NCBI RefSeq assembly: GCF_001194135.2
Contig: NC_068985.1
Location: forward strand, 127,412,060 to 127,476,059
Source of the DNA: Octopus bimaculoides
Lineage: Eukaryota
Direction of reading: 5' to 3'
Length of the DNA stretch: 64,000 bases
Shown here: piece by piece, positions 1-13,369 of the stretch
How the letters are laid out: every line of letters begins with the position of its first letter
How positions within the stretch are numbered: the first letter of the stretch is position 1
Made by a program: the position numbers and the translations under genes
Notes under the pieces: model-generated
What the model saw: only the letters and a program-made list of their open reading frames with translations
Told to the model about the DNA's origin: nothing
Database searches by the model: none

Positions 1-873
1 TCTTCTACTATAGCCTCAGGCCAACCAAAGCCTTGTGAGTGGATTTGGTTGACGGAAACTGAAAGAAGCCCGGCATGTGTGTGTGTGTCTGTGTTTGTCT
101 CCCTACCAAAAGACACCAATAGAATAAGTACTAGGCTTCCAAAGAATAAGTCCTAGGGTCTATTTGCTCAACTAAAGGCGGTGCTCCAGCATGGTCGCAG
201 CCAAATGGCTGAAACAAGTATAAAAGAATAACTGAAGTATTAATGCATAAAGCGAAGGCAACAAGAACACTTAGTTTATGAATATGGATTAAAACAAGTT
301 AGACTGAAACCAAAGTAAAACTGGATTAAAATTGGTTGAATACAATTGAAAGAACTTGATAATGGTGACTGGAAAGCTCTAATGATGCTATCTCATCCAA
401 ACCATGTCAAATGTAAAAATATAGATGTAAAATCTATCTTAGTGATGGAGTTTTGTTAGTGATTTATATAATTTACTTCAACATCTCAAGCAGTTTTGTT
501 CAGCCCAAGCAAACATGGTAAAATGAATGATGATCTTTTTTTCAATATTGAGATGAGACCAAGGCACATAAAAACATACTGCTTTACTAATCTGTCAGTT
601 ATGCTAGTAGGAAAGATGATTGTTCTTGTTTAACCTCTGCTAAGTCATGTCAAGCAAATGTATAATCAAAGGTATTCCAACCATGACTATCAATTCCTTT
701 TTTTCTTCTTTTTTTTTTATTTCTACACTGCAACTAAGAACACATTATTCAGTATGTCCTTCATTTTTAAGACAGTTTGGTGTAGTTTGAGGGATATTTG
801 GTTGCTATTTCTAGCAAACTGATTGACCATGTAGATGCACTGTCATTGATATGCACAAATAGAGATTGAATTA

Positions 874-909
<36 letters not shown>

Positions 910-960
910 CCATTTGTAACTACTTTTGTGTTGTGAAATTCTGATTTTTGACTCTCTCAG

Positions 961-1104
961 GTTTCTTTGTTTGCTGAGTTGTTCAATGAAATGTTGATGC
1001 GGGATTTTGGCTTCAAGATCTACAAGGCTCTTGTTCTCGCGCCAGAAAAGAAGGATGAGGAGAAGCTTAAAAAGAAATCTGATGATAAATCTATAAAAGA
1101 AAAG
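961..1104 (+). CDS. CCAR1: CCAR1 internal coding exon (first visible; gene starts upstream of the window)
   Basis: ctctcag|GTT...AAG|gtgaga, phase 0-0. Encodes VSLFAELFNEMLMRDFGFKIYKAL, matching the conserved CCAR1 motif VSLFAELFNEMLQRDFG (recalled human sequence). Confidence 0.93.
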
Positions 1105-1539
1105 GTGAGACACCCGCACATTTTTCTATGTTTGTAAACCATTCAATTAGAAACTCAAAAGCCACCTACTGTAAACTACTCACACTAGCTTGTACAAGAA
1201 AGAAGTTTAAATTGACTAACATTAAAATAACCTTTTAATAGCTTTTATTACATGTAAAGAATGTTAACATCTACTATTTTATATGTGAAGGTGCATGGCT
1301 CAGTGGTTAGAATGTCAGGCTCACGATCATGTGGTAGTGAGGTCAATTCCCAGACCAGGCTGTGTGTTGTGTTCTCAAGCAAGACACTTTTTTTCACATT
1401 GTTTCAGTTCACTCAGCTGTAGAAATGAGTTGCGACATCACTGGTGCCAATCTGTATCAGCCTTTGCCTTTCCTTTTCAAAAGTGGGTTGTTTACATTGT
1501 GTTTGAGCAGAGAATTGCAAATGAAAATATAGTCCATTA

Positions 1540-1935
1540 AATTTTTTTCTATTAACTATGAGGCACTGAAACATCATAGCAATTCATGTATCCAAATGTT
1601 TTTAAATACCTTATAACGCTCATATGAGATATAGAGACTATCTCTATGATGTTTCATGTCATGTGACCTGGATTATTTTTGATTAGCATTTCAATTTGTT
1701 CATTGTCAACAACTGTAGGCTTGCTGGAGCATTTACAGTCTTTCAGACCAAAATTTTCACTCTCAAACCTAGCTAACAGCTTACAGTCCCCACCCTCCCC
1801 AGCTGTGGCATCATCTCCATAAACTGCACTTATCTTTCTTTTCTTTCGTTTTGCTGTTTGTGCAAGTATTTTTCCTTTCCAAGTGTAAAAGAGCATCAAA
1901 TGATGAAAATGTATCTCATTTTCCTTCATTTTCAA
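1540..1935 (-). mobile_element. Decayed mariner transposase N-terminus (HTH), in a CCAR1 intron
   Basis: HFHHLMLFYTWKGK...FESENFGLKD...KPTVVDNEQIEMLIKNNP, continuing past a stop as SHMSVIRYLKTFGY...VPH. Resembles the mellifera-type HFRHILLFYFRKGK (recall). Confidence 0.8.
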
Positions 1936-2386
1936 TTTTAATGTATAAACAGTAGAAATAAACTATCCACACATATATAGAAAGATGTATTGAAATGGCA
2001 CCTTTCAGAAGGTGTGTGTGTGTGTGTCCTGCACTTGTGTCGTGTGAGAAACCAAATCATATGTTTAAATGCCACCAATTGAAAAACAGTACAAACTTTT
2101 CTTCTAACTCAATATATTGATTCAGCTATCTGTGCTCTTCTCTCTTGTTATACATAAGTGATGTGAAACTTCTAGATAATGAGGAATCAAATCTGGATAG
2201 TGGAAGATTGCCATGTACTTTGACACTAAACAAGAATTGTTCTCTGACTAAAGCCATTCTGGGGCACTATGAAGCTGAAATTAAAAAAACAAAAACAGCC
2301 ATTGCTTGTTATTTGTTAATATAACATTTAGAAGTAAGGTTTAAACACAAAACGAAAATTAAAACTTTTTGTTCATTCTAATACAG

Positions 2387-2497
2387 GATCTCAAGAAAAT
2401 AGAAGAAGAAAAATCAGAAAAGAAAAAGGAAGAAGAAAATCCCAAGGAAATGAATGGCAATGAAGAAGATATGGAAGAGGATGAACCTGATGATGAG
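2387..2497 (+). CDS. CCAR1: CCAR1 exon, Lys/Glu/Asp-rich low-complexity region
   Basis: atacag|GAT...GAG|gtaatt, 111 nt, phase 0-0, open: DLKKIEEEKSEKKKEEENPKEMNGNEEDMEEDEPDDE. Fits the acidic linker of CCAR1. Confidence 0.8.
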
Positions 2498-2989
2498 GTA
2501 ATTTGATTAAATTTTTCTTTCTTTTTGTTTTATACTTTTTATTAATTTATATAATCACTCTTTTTCCTTGTTTTTCCAATCTCTTTCGTTTTTATTGGAG
2601 TGCAAAAACATGCCTTGCAGAATGTAATAAAAACATCCGTAATCTCTGTTAAAACATTGTCACCACCAAAAGTTACTTCTATTTGTTCTGTCATCTCAAT
2701 TAATCCATTGTAAGTAAGAAAGAAAGAGAAAAATGTTTTCCATAAATTTTGGAAACATTTCAAATTTGCATGCCATCAAATGCAATCTATCATGATAATT
2801 AGTTGTAAAGAAAAAAACATGAAGAAATTACTAAAGGTTACTCCAAGTCAATATTTTTTTTTCATTATATTTTATAGTATGTTCTGATAATATTCCAGTA
2901 TGGCCAAATCTGGTGTTTTTTTGTGACTTGCTAGGTCTGGAGGGAGAGACAATGTCTAAGCCCTCCTCAGCCAATGAGAGTATTGGCAT

Positions 2990-3345
2990 TAATTGTTCCT
3001 CTTAGACTTTTGTGTGTCAACACCTGCCGGAAGGACTTAAATTCCAATGAACAACATTCTGGGAAAGAAAGAAGTACAGGGTATGGTGATTAGTGCAGAG
3101 CTTGATGGAGGGCGGGCACAATAAGGATGATGAGAAGAAGAGAGAGAAGTGCGACAGGAATGTTTGAGCAAAGATGGCAGGAGTCCAACCAGTTCTGAGG
3201 AGCAGTAACCACTATAGTAGAGGCAGATGTTGAAAAGAGGCCAGAGGTTGAAACCTGTTTCTAAGTGACCATTCCAGTCAGTTGGGTGGTCCTTTTCTGG
3301 ATGCAGTCTAGGATGCCTTTGTGGACCCTACCTGAGCCTTATAGA
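2990..3345 (-). mobile_element. Highly decayed CR1/L2-like LINE ORF2 C-terminal fragment
   Basis: The reverse strand gives LDCIQKR..QL and SFPR..WN-like remnants typical of CR1/Crack 3' ends; locally GC-richer than the flanks. Confidence 0.4.
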
Positions 3346-3816
3346 GGGTCACTAATTGTTGTGAGGGACTGAAGTATATTCTGATTGTAAATTAAAAAGA
3401 AGGAAAGGATTTACTTACTTTCAACGTCTAATTTAGAGTCACTGTTAGCTGAGTCTGCTGGTTACTGGATTATCATTTGATAGGTTATTCGGTACTTGTC
3501 CAAAAAACAGAAAGAAAAATATCCACTTAACTCTCAAAGGCTTCATTTACCTAAATGTTAAGTAGCATAAGTGTCAATCAATTCATTTGCCTTTGCTTTC
3601 TTTCTGTTGGTGAAGTTTAGAGAGATGAGCTTCCACCTGGTATCTTGTTACACTACAATGCATTAAATCAGCCAGGTGTATTGCACTACACTAAGATGAA
3701 TTTTTAGTCTAGATGCACTATTTAAGATGAATTTTAACAGTGAGCCACTGATTTTACAGAACATCATTAACTTCTGAATTGGCAATAATTGCTACATTAC
3801 TACTACTACTACTACT

Positions 3817-3849
<33 letters not shown>

Positions 3850-4316
3850 TATTCCTCACTGTCTGACCTTTCAACATCCTCCCTCTATTTTTTTTTCTGT
3901 TGGTTTTGATGATGAGGGTTTAATTGTTTGATCCACTGAATTAGCTGCCTATTGTATTAGTGGTTGAGTATTCCATAGGCATGTGTACCCTTAACATAAT
4001 CCTCTGGTAGAATCAGCTTGATATAGTGACAAGTCTTGTACCTTTAAATTACAGGTATTTTCCATGGGACAGGCTTCCACACAGTTTCTCTCTACCAAGT
4101 TTCACTTACAAGGTTTGAGTCAATCTGAGGCACTTTCCCAAGATGTCATGCATTAGGATTGAACCTAGGACTTTGTGACTGTTGCCATGTTGTGTCCAAT
4201 CAGTACACCGCCTTGAATTAAATTTATGCTATTGATTCATTTGAATTACTTCCCTTAGTTCACTTTGTTTTTCTTTAGCTCCTTAATCAGTTAATTTTTT
4301 TTTCTTTCTATTGCAG

Positions 4317-4344
4317 GATGATGATGAAGACAAGAAAGACAGAG
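4317..4344 (+). CDS. CCAR1: CCAR1 28-nt microexon (DDDEDKKDR+G)
   Basis: Long pyrimidine tract, then ttgcag|GATG...AGAG|gtaatt. Phase 0-1, which is the phase change needed to join the flanking exons. Confidence 0.75.
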
Positions 4345-6036
4345 GTAATTTGTTTTTTCTGGTTTGGTTGCAATAGTTGAAATGTCTTAAATGTTTTTAC
4401 AGAACATGAACGTTAGATTAGTTTTACCTGTTCAATGGCCAGTCTTACTTAAAGGATAATCTTGATGGAATTTATACATTGTTGTCAGAAAGTAGGCACA
4501 TGACTGCAACAAGCCATTATATGGCAATGCATTGGTGTTAATGATGCTAATAGTTGTAAGTTTTAATTTAGTCACTAGGCCTTGTATTTTAGGAGAGGGT
4601 TATAGTTAGTTAATTACATATATTACAGTAGTAGACTGCTATTATTTTGTTGATACTTGGAATATTAAAAGGCAGTTAACTTCGATGAAATTTGAACTAA
4701 AGTTATAAAGAGCTGAAACAAATACCACAAGGTATTTTGTCCAATACTAATAATTTCACAAGTTCATTGTCTTAATGATGATGATGTAAATTTTTTACAA
4801 ACACTGTGGAGGGAACCTGTGGTAGAGGTAGACCCAACAAGGTGATGAAGCATGATCTTCAAACGCTGGGCCTCATGGAAGCAATGACTAGTGACCAAGA
4901 AATTTGGCAATATGCCATGCTTGAGATGACCTGTCAAGCCAAGTGAAATCATATTCATGGCTGATGCTGGTGTCACATAACCAGTTGCTTGTAAAAAGCA
5001 CTGTTCAAGCATTGGGTCTTGTGGAGGCAATGTGGCCTCCCATAACTAGCACATAAAAGCATCCATTACACACTTGGAGTGGTTGGTATTAGGAAGGGTA
5101 TCCAGCCATAGAAACCATTCCAAATTAGACTGTAGTTAGGTGCAGCCCCTCAGCTTACCAGCCCTGATCAAACCATCCAACTCTTGCCTGCAGGGACAAC
5201 GGATGTTAAATGATGATGATGATGATGTACAAGGCTACAAATTAGCTGGGTGGGGGTCAGTCCCATACTTAACTGGAACCTTATTTTAAACAACCCCAAG
5301 AGAGTGAAAGAAAAAGTTAATCACAGTCAGATTTGAACTCAGAACACAAAGGTAGATAAAATGCTGTTAAGTATTTTTTCCAGCATGCTAATGATTCTGC
5401 CAATTTGCCAGCTTTCTAATAACACTGCCAGTATACCATCCTAATAATGGTTTCAAATTTTGGCACAAGGGTAGCAATTTTGGGGAAGTGGGTAAGTCAG
5501 TTACATTGACCCTGGTACTTATTTTATCAACCTTCAAAAGGATGGAAGTTAAAATCAACCTCAGCAGAACTTGAACTCAGAACATAACAATGGACAAAAT
5601 GCCGCTAATCATTTCACCCAGGTTGTTGTTTAATTCTGCCAGCTCGCCATCTTACACCATCTTAATAATAATAATGGTTTCTAGCATAGGCACAATGTCT
5701 GAGATTTGTTGGTGAGTGTTTAAACTGACTCCAATATTTCACTGGTGCTTACTTGGTTTAATCAAGCCTGGAGAAATGAAAGGCAGAGTTGACTGTAACA
5801 GAATAAGAATTGAAAATATCAAGAGCTGGAACACATACTGTAAAACAGTTTTTTTTTTCAACATTGTTTTTAATTTCATTTTTTTTTTTTTTTAAATCTC
5901 TGTTGTCACCAAGTGATTTAACTATTTGGCTAAAACTCTATTGAGAGTAATGAATTAAGATTATTTTTGACATTAATGCTTTATGTTTTTTCAACTTCTT
6001 TCTCTTACAAAATATACATGTGGTTCATTTTAGTAG

Positions 6037-6206
6037 GAAAAAGAGACCGGGATGAGAAGAAGAAGGAGAAGAAGAAGTTCTACACATTTGATCCTGCTTT
6101 GTTACTAGCATTTGTATATTTTGATCAGAATCATACAGGCTATCTGTTAGATAAAGACATTGAGGAAATCATGCACACTGTTGGCATGCAGTTGTCAAGA
6201 GCTCAG
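6037..6206 (+). CDS. CCAR1: CCAR1 exon encoding the EF-hand-like domain
   Basis: tttagtag|GA...CAG|gtaaac, phase 1-0. Encodes LLLAFVYFDQNHTGYLLDKDIEEIMHTVGMQLSRAQ versus recalled human LLMAFVYFDQSHCGYLLEKDLEEILYTLGLHLSRAQ. Confidence 0.93.
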
Positions 6207-6823
6207 GTAAACTATTTCACAATGTTTCTCATGTATCCAGCTATGTGGGGTTTGGTGAGGGCAGCACATTTTTGTAATTACCCCTCATGGTTCTTGATAT
6301 GACTAAATATTGTCAGGTTTTGGCACAAGGCTAGCAAGTTCATGGAAGAGGGCAAGTTGGTCACATCAACTGCAGTGCTCAACAAGTACTTATCTTATTG
6401 ACCCCAAAAGGATGAAAGGCAAAGTCAGTCTTGGCAGGAATTGAACTCAGACCATAAAGACCGTTGAAATGCCACTAAACATTTTGCCCAGAGTGCTAAT
6501 GATTCTGCCAGCTCACCACCTTAGATATGACTACATATTGACTATAAAGTGTAATTGTAGATAGAATGTTTATTCCTTCATTTGTTTAATTTTGTGTCCA
6601 TGCTAGCATGAGAATTTATTACATTATGTTGAGGCATTGCCAGATGTCTTCCCTGTCACTAACCCTTACCTGTTTTGCAAGTAAGGGCATTTTCATTCTA
6701 CTATAATAGAAGACACTGCCCCTAGATATCATTCGGCAAGACTATGTGATTGTGAAGCAAACTTCTTTACAAAACTCTGCCAGTACCTAGTATAATTATA
6801 AGTATTTAGATTGAATATAATTC

Positions 6824-7125
6824 ATCATCATCATCGTTTAACATCCACTTTCCATGCTAGCATGTGTTGGACGATTTGACTGAGGACTGGCGAACCAGAT
6901 GGCTACACCAGGCTTCAATCTGATTTGGCAGAGTTTCTACAGCTGGATGCCCTTCCTAATGCCAACAACTCCGAGAGTGTAGTGGGTGCTTTTACGTGTC
7001 ACCCGCACGAAGGCCAGTCAGGCGGTACTGGCAACGGCCATGCTCAAGATGGTGTATTTTACGTGCTACCTGCACAGGAGCCAGTCCAGCGGCACTGGCA
7101 ACGACCTCGCTCAAATGTCTTCGAA
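6824..7125 (-). mobile_element. RTE 3'-tail copy, reverse (representative). Other - copies: ~23815-24150, 41195-41490, 44995-45230, and a tail end at 36720-36749
   Basis: (CAT)n-CGTTTAAC...TTTCCATGCTAGCATG followed by the same core in reverse. These copies explain many of the recurrent short ORFs in the track. Confidence 0.8.
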
Positions 7126-8674
7126 TAATAGTAAATATATATTTATATAAATACAGAGATTACCCTGTATTTCAAAATAAAGGTATTAAAAAATATGTGA
7201 ATGATAGACTCTTAAAATATCAAAATTAGAAATTGTTCTTACACCCAAAGATGTAATATAAAATGCAATTGTATGACTTGCATACATATTTACAATCTAC
7301 TCTGTAGTATGTGTTTAGTCATACCAAGAGCCATGCAGAGTAATAACATAAAATTGTCTTTGGGGCCATTAGCAGAGGGATGCAGTATTGATCTAGGAAC
7401 ACTTGGTAAGCTTCTGGTAAGCTGTCTTTGAGAATTAGTTTCCATTCTTACTTGGAGATAATTCACTTTTTTTACATCACTAATGCCCTTGAGAAAGACA
7501 TCAATATTGTACAAACTCATTCCTTTTCTCGAATAAATCTAAAGCTTCGCACTCCATCAGATGATCAGTGTTAAAAAAAAAAAACAGGAAAATTACTTTT
7601 ATAAATGATTTCTTTAAAAAAGGTGGCGGGGAACCATTCCAGTGTAATGGGGCTTTATTTTATTTTCTCTCATCTGTGAATTGAAACTCTGCAGGACTCA
7701 CCTGTCGCATGTAAGCAGTCAATTGTACAGTGACTGTTCTTCAGGCATGATAGATTCTTTTATTTAACTCTGTGAAAACTGGCATTACTATGTTTCTTAG
7801 TTAGAAGTGTTCATCATGAAGAAGGCTTCCGCTCTAAAAATATAAAGAACAGGTTGACCCTCATGTTAACATGGGAAAAGGAGCATGTGGTGTAAAAGAC
7901 CAACATTATTTGAGAGATGTATAGCTAATGGAATCAGTCCCAATATTTTACTGGTTCTTTATCTTCTTGAACTTTAAAAATTCAGGATAGAATTTTGCAT
8001 TGAAGATGAAGAATAAAGAGGACCCTATCTGGAATTTAAACTCAGAAATGAAAATTTATTAACTAGATACAACAAAAATTTAGCTAGTCATTTTTGTATT
8101 TCTGCCAAAGCTATAGTTCTTATTGCCCTAATAATAGGACTACATAGATGCATCAACCTCAGTATATTATACTGAGACTGTAAATCAAGAAAATAAAATG
8201 TGATATCAGCTCTATGATTCCAGCATATTGTTACTGATACATATTTTATTGATTCTAGTGTGATTAAATGCAGTGTTGGCTTACATATGGTTTAATCTTG
8301 GGAGCTACTAGGATGAAAATAACTGAAAAATTATAATACATTTCTATTCCTTTTACTTTATTATAATAATAATAATAATAATAATAACAATAATAATGGT
8401 TTCAAATTTTGCCACAAGGGCAGCAATTTTGGGCGAGGGGATGAGTTGATTACATCGACCCCAGTATTTAACTGGTACTTATTTTATCGACACTGAAAGG
8501 ATGATAGGTAAAGTTGACCTCAGTGGAATCTGAACTCAGAACGTACCAATGGGCAAAATACCATTAAGCATTTCATCCAGCACACTAACGATTCTGCCAG
8601 CTTGCTGTCTTAATTATAATAATAGTTTCTAGTTTGGTGACATTATCATTTGTCTTCTTAAAAAACTTTTATAG

Positions 8675-8819
8675 GTACGAAAATATGTCCAAAAGCTTGT
8701 GTCACGTGACACTTTAAATTATCGTAAATTGACGGATAAGCCGAAATCTGAGGATGCTTCTGAAGATGGAAAAATTGATTCAAAAGGTGCAGACGTAGAT
8801 GATATTAAACTTGCTCAAG
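8675..8819 (+). CDS. CCAR1: CCAR1 exon
   Basis: ttttatag|GTA...CAAG|gtaact, phase 0-1. Encodes VRKYVQKLVSRDTLNYRKLTD, matching human VKKLLNKVVLRESCFYRKLTD. Not in the ORF track. Confidence 0.9.
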
Positions 8820-9438
8820 GTAACTTCATTTATGTATTTTTATTTATTATTATTTTTTTTATCCATGTTTAACCCTTTTGATACTAACTTGCCTATGAAC
8901 TCTCTTAGATTTATAAAACAATGTTTACTTGCTGACCCTGATTTCATGCAAATATCTAAATGTTTAAAAGTTAACAGACTTAAGAAATAGAGAAAACCCT
9001 CTACTTTACAGGGCTATAAAGAAACTTAAAGGCTTTGTCTTTGCCTTGTATCTCCATAGCAAGTTGACTTATTACAGCTGATCACTTCCCAAGTTGTATT
9101 TATGGTAAGATTTGAACATAGTGCTGCAAGATAACAAAGCATGTGAGAATTAGCTAGTGTTTCCATTGATAAGAGCAATGTATTGTACAACCTAAGTGTC
9201 TCAGCCATAGAGAAAACTTGTTACAGTTGATTAATGCATATCATGTTTTTTCTTCAAGGTCAGTCTAATACGTTATAAACTTGGCCAGTTGCAATTAATT
9301 CATATCAGCTATTGAAATTTGTGAAAAAAAAAAACATCTTATTCTTGTCAGTAAATCACCATAAGTCAAATCAATAATTGTTGTAAATATGTTAACTTTC
9401 AAAAATGGAAGTATTTTTTCTTAAATTTATATTTTCAG

Positions 9439-9663
9439 GAAATTATCATTTTTTAAATGCTATAAAAGCTAAGAACTCTTCAGAGGACTTGGCAGTAACA
9501 TCCAAATTAAAAGGTGAGGGAGAGGAAACAGCTCCCAATTCTGGATTTATTAGCTACAATGGAGCTTTAATCGATATTGATAGTATTACTCAGCGACTAG
9601 AGAAAAGCGAGAAAAATAGGAGTGCCTTGGAAGAAAAGTTACAGGATTTCACTGCTGAAATTG
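9439..9663 (+). CDS. CCAR1: CCAR1 exon, start of the C-terminal coiled coil
   Basis: ttttcag|GA...TTG|gttagt, phase 1-1. Encodes FISYNGALIDIDSITQRLEKSEKNRSALEEKLQ versus human LIVYNGAMVDVGSLLQKLEKSEKVRAEVEQKLQ. Confidence 0.92.
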
Positions 9664-11385
9664 GTTAGTTACAGTTTTTTTATATTTTGCTTTTGGAGGA
9701 AAACAATTGCTGTTAGGCTAAGATGCTGCACTGCAAGAACAGGAGTTTTACCTACTGCAGCTAGTGTTATATTTGAGTTAGTGATATATCAGTGTGTGTG
9801 TGTGTAAATATATGTAAAGTGGTAGGTGTTAGGAAGGGCATCCAGCTGTAGAAACCATGCCAAATCAGACTGGAGTTTGGTGCAGCTTACCAGCTCTGGT
9901 CAAACTGTCCAACCCATGCCAGCATGGGCAATGGACGTTAAGTGATGATGATATATGTGTGTGTGTGTATATATATATATATAAACACAGGCATGGCTAT
10001 GTGGTAAGGAGTTTGTTTTGCAACCTCATGGTTTCAGCTTCCACTGCACAGCACATTGGGCAGGTATTTTCGACTAGAGCCACAGACCAAACAATGCCTT
10101 GTGACTGAAATTCGTGAATGGAAACTGTGGAACCCATCATGTGTGTCTTTGTGTTTGTTCCCACTCCTTGACAACTAGTGTTGGTTTGTTTATGTCCCTG
10201 TAACTTAGCAGTTTAGCAAAAGAAATTGATAGAATAAGTACCTGACTGCTTTGAAAAAATAAGTACTGGTGGGGGGGGATTAGTCCAATTAAACCCTCCA
10301 AGGCAGTGCTCCAGCATGGTCGCAGTCCAATGACTGAAACAATTGAAAGGTAAAAGATGTGTGTGTCTGTGTCTGTACTTGCAATAGTCACCCCCCCCCT
10401 CCCATTATAAAACCTAAAAATTATGGTTGTGCATTTTACATGGGAACTAAATGTTATCCACTTTTTCCAGTTGTGTGTGGTCGTATGTATATATATATAA
10501 ATAAACAAACAGTCATGGCTGTGTGGTAAGAAGTTTGCTTCGCAACCACATGGTTTCAGATTAACTGATATGTAACAAAGAGTTTAAATTATAGTAACAT
10601 TAGATTTTACTATCATACATTAAATATTCGTCATTCTTCATGCATGTGTTTTATTTATACATCAATATGATTCAGACTGAAGATGTAAAACCAAAACAAA
10701 AGCAGTTAAATAGCAAAAAGGTACTAAAATGTTTGTTTATACCTTGCTAAGTACTTTATTTTGTGTCTACGTGCTGCCACAAAAATATTCTTCTACTAAT
10801 TTCATTTGTTCAGTAACTCACTGCAATAGATGATACCACAAAAGCATTTCACTTATGACTATTCACTCAATATATTGTTTATTTCGGGTTTGCTTCCTTT
10901 TATGTTATTTAATGATTTAAAGATATTTAATACTCATTTTTTTTCTATGCTAGCATGAGTTGGACCAGGACATATTGAAGATTATATAGATGAATGCTCT
11001 CCTTATCGCCAGTCCTTTACCTGTTTTCAAATAAGGGATTTTTATTCGCAGAGCATTGAGAATAAGGAATGCTGAATGATATAATATTTGTCATATTACT
11101 TGTGAGATGCTTTAGGATATCAATAGTCATATACATGTACACATGCACACACATACACACACGATGTGCTAAAGTATAACACACTTAGCCAAGGTGCCAC
11201 CCAGTGAAATAGAACTCGAAACCACATTATTATGAAGCACTCCACACTACCATACTTATGCCAGTATGTGTGTATGAAAGAGAGAGAGAGATTGGTTTAA
11301 GATCAAAAAATTTCTGTGGACATATTGGCTACTTGCCCTCTTTTAAGATGGTTTTTTTTTTTTTGTGTTCTTTTTTTTCCTTTAG

Positions 11386-11657
11386 ATTTGCTGAAGGATA
11401 AAGCATTAAAGCGTGAAGATTTAGTGAAACAGTTGCAACAGGAACTAACTATAATTAAAAAGGAGAAAGAAGAGCAAATAGAAGCAGTGTCGTCAACTGA
11501 AAGTGAAAACAGACGGCTATTTACTGCTCTAAAACACTGTGAAAAGACATTGACTGGTCTTCTGAAGGGTGTTACTACCAGTCTTACACCTTTAATAATA
11601 GACAAGAAAAAGAAATTTGATAAAAAGGTGAAAAATGAAAATGATACTGGAGAATAA
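11386..11657 (+). CDS. CCAR1: CCAR1 terminal coding exon (coiled coil, stop TAA)
   Basis: Strong pyrimidine tract, then tttag|AT. Phase 1 completes GAT. Encodes heptad-like LVKQLQQELTIIKKEKEEQ and a Lys-rich end, like the human C-terminus. Confidence 0.82.
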
Positions 11658-11785
11658 ATGTTTCAAAGTCCTCCAAAGGAAATGTTTGGATAAATTATGA
11701 GAATGAGAAACGTACCAAGGAATTTTTTTTTTTTTTTCCTAACTTGAGGTTCCACCACTCTCTACCTTGTCCATATTTCAGTTAC

Positions 11786-11791
11786 AATAAA
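11786..11791 (+). promoter_or_regulatory. Candidate CCAR1 polyadenylation signal
   Basis: AATAAA ~130 nt after the stop; another AATAAA overlaps the stop codon (11653-11658). Such hexamers are common in AT-rich DNA. Confidence 0.25.
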
Positions 11792-12634
11792 CTAAAGGCC
11801 AGCAACAACACAACTGTCATCACTCTTCCCTCCACCCATTTTTCTCTTTGGGTCCCTCTATTCTTTGTCCTCTTTCATCTGTGCTCTTGATTAATCCTGA
11901 ACTGTTATCTACTTATGCAGTCTTTCCAATGTGTAGATTTGCTTGGATTTCAATGATTACCAAATACAGCAAAGATGGAAACGCTTGCTTGCTTGTTTGT
12001 TTGGGGGTTTTATTTTTTTTGTTTGATTTTTTTTTCTTGCATTGAAAATAGAAATTCCATCAAACAATTGAAAACATTTGTTTTTTTTCCTCTCACTCTC
12101 TCATTTCACTGTTGAATTTGTAAATCTGGCTATCGAGGGTGCAATGACTGAAGAAAGAGTACAATAATAAACTGGTATCTGCAGGGACATGTCAATATTA
12201 TGGTTAAAAAAAACAACTTCAGCAACCACTTTTTTTTTTTTTTTTTTTTTAAGAGTGGCTTTGGAAGTTTCTGCACTGAACAAGTGAGCAGATGAAGTGC
12301 TGTGTTAATAATATTCCATTATTGCCTATAAAAAAAATATAAAGAAGTCTTCGTTCTTTATGTGAAGTAGGTGGGATGGGGTAGGGAAATTAAAGTAAAA
12401 ATGATATAAAAATCTCCTGTTTGTAAAAGAATTTACTTTTATAAATATATAATTTTTTTTCTTTTCCTTTCGCACAAGAAGATTTTTCAAGGAAGTTATA
12501 TTATACTGAAGCATTAATTCTGCACATTGCATTGTTAAATTGGTATTGTAGCTTCTTTCAAAAGCCTTGTTGGATTTTTTTTTTTTTTTTNNNNNNNNNN
12601 NNNNNNNNNNNNNNNNNNNNNNNNNNNNNNNNNN

Positions 12635-12670
<36 letters not shown>

Positions 12671-13292
12671 TACATATGTGTAATATGCACATACATACAT
12701 ATAAGTGCGAGATTCTTAACCAAGTCACATAATATTAAATGAACATATCAGGTTAATACATGAAACAGACACAATCTATATTTATCTCAATATAGATGCT
12801 GAGAGTATTGTATAAAGAAATGGATAGAAGAAAAATTTACAGACTGTGTATAATTGATATTTTTTTTTTAAATGAAATTTTAAGCCAGGAAGGATCTATT
12901 TTCCAAATCCACTTCTATTTCTCTTTAAAAGTTGTATAAAGTGCTACACAAGCCTCTTTCTTAAGGGTACATTTTTCACAAACGTTTTCTTTTCTTCATG
13001 TGTCTTTTCCTGTCATTGATTCAATGTGTATTGTAATCTAAATATTCTATGCATTTGTGCAATTGTTTTTATAAGAAAAGTGCATGAGTGTGTGTGTGTA
13101 TTTATGTATATTATACATATAAAATATATATTATGTGATATATATATATATAATCTGGTCACAAGGATCCATATGTTGTTCAGGTAATTTTTTTGTTTTT
13201 CATCACTTCCATTCATTACAAAGATCATTCACATTCATGCCAAATATCATTCATGTTGTTTTTTTTATTTCTTCAAAGAGTTATTGACTTTG

Positions 13293-13295
<3 letters not shown>

Positions 13296-13368
<73 letters not shown>
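13296..13368. repeat. (CT)n microsatellite, representative of very many (TA)n, (CA)n, (CT)n, (GAT)n and (AAT)n tracts
   Basis: Seen directly; such tracts produce the YIYIY, ERERE and THTHT ORFs in the track. Confidence 0.95.

Positions 13369-13369
<1 letters not shown>

Noticed and set aside
12312-12323. SNORD98-like snoRNA (human CCAR1 hosts SNORD98, from recall); TATTCCATTATT is complementary to an 18S segment
   Set aside because: No adjacent C/D boxes and it lies after the last coding exon. No convincing C/D snoRNA was seen by eye in the visible introns; an Infernal/Rfam scan would settle it.
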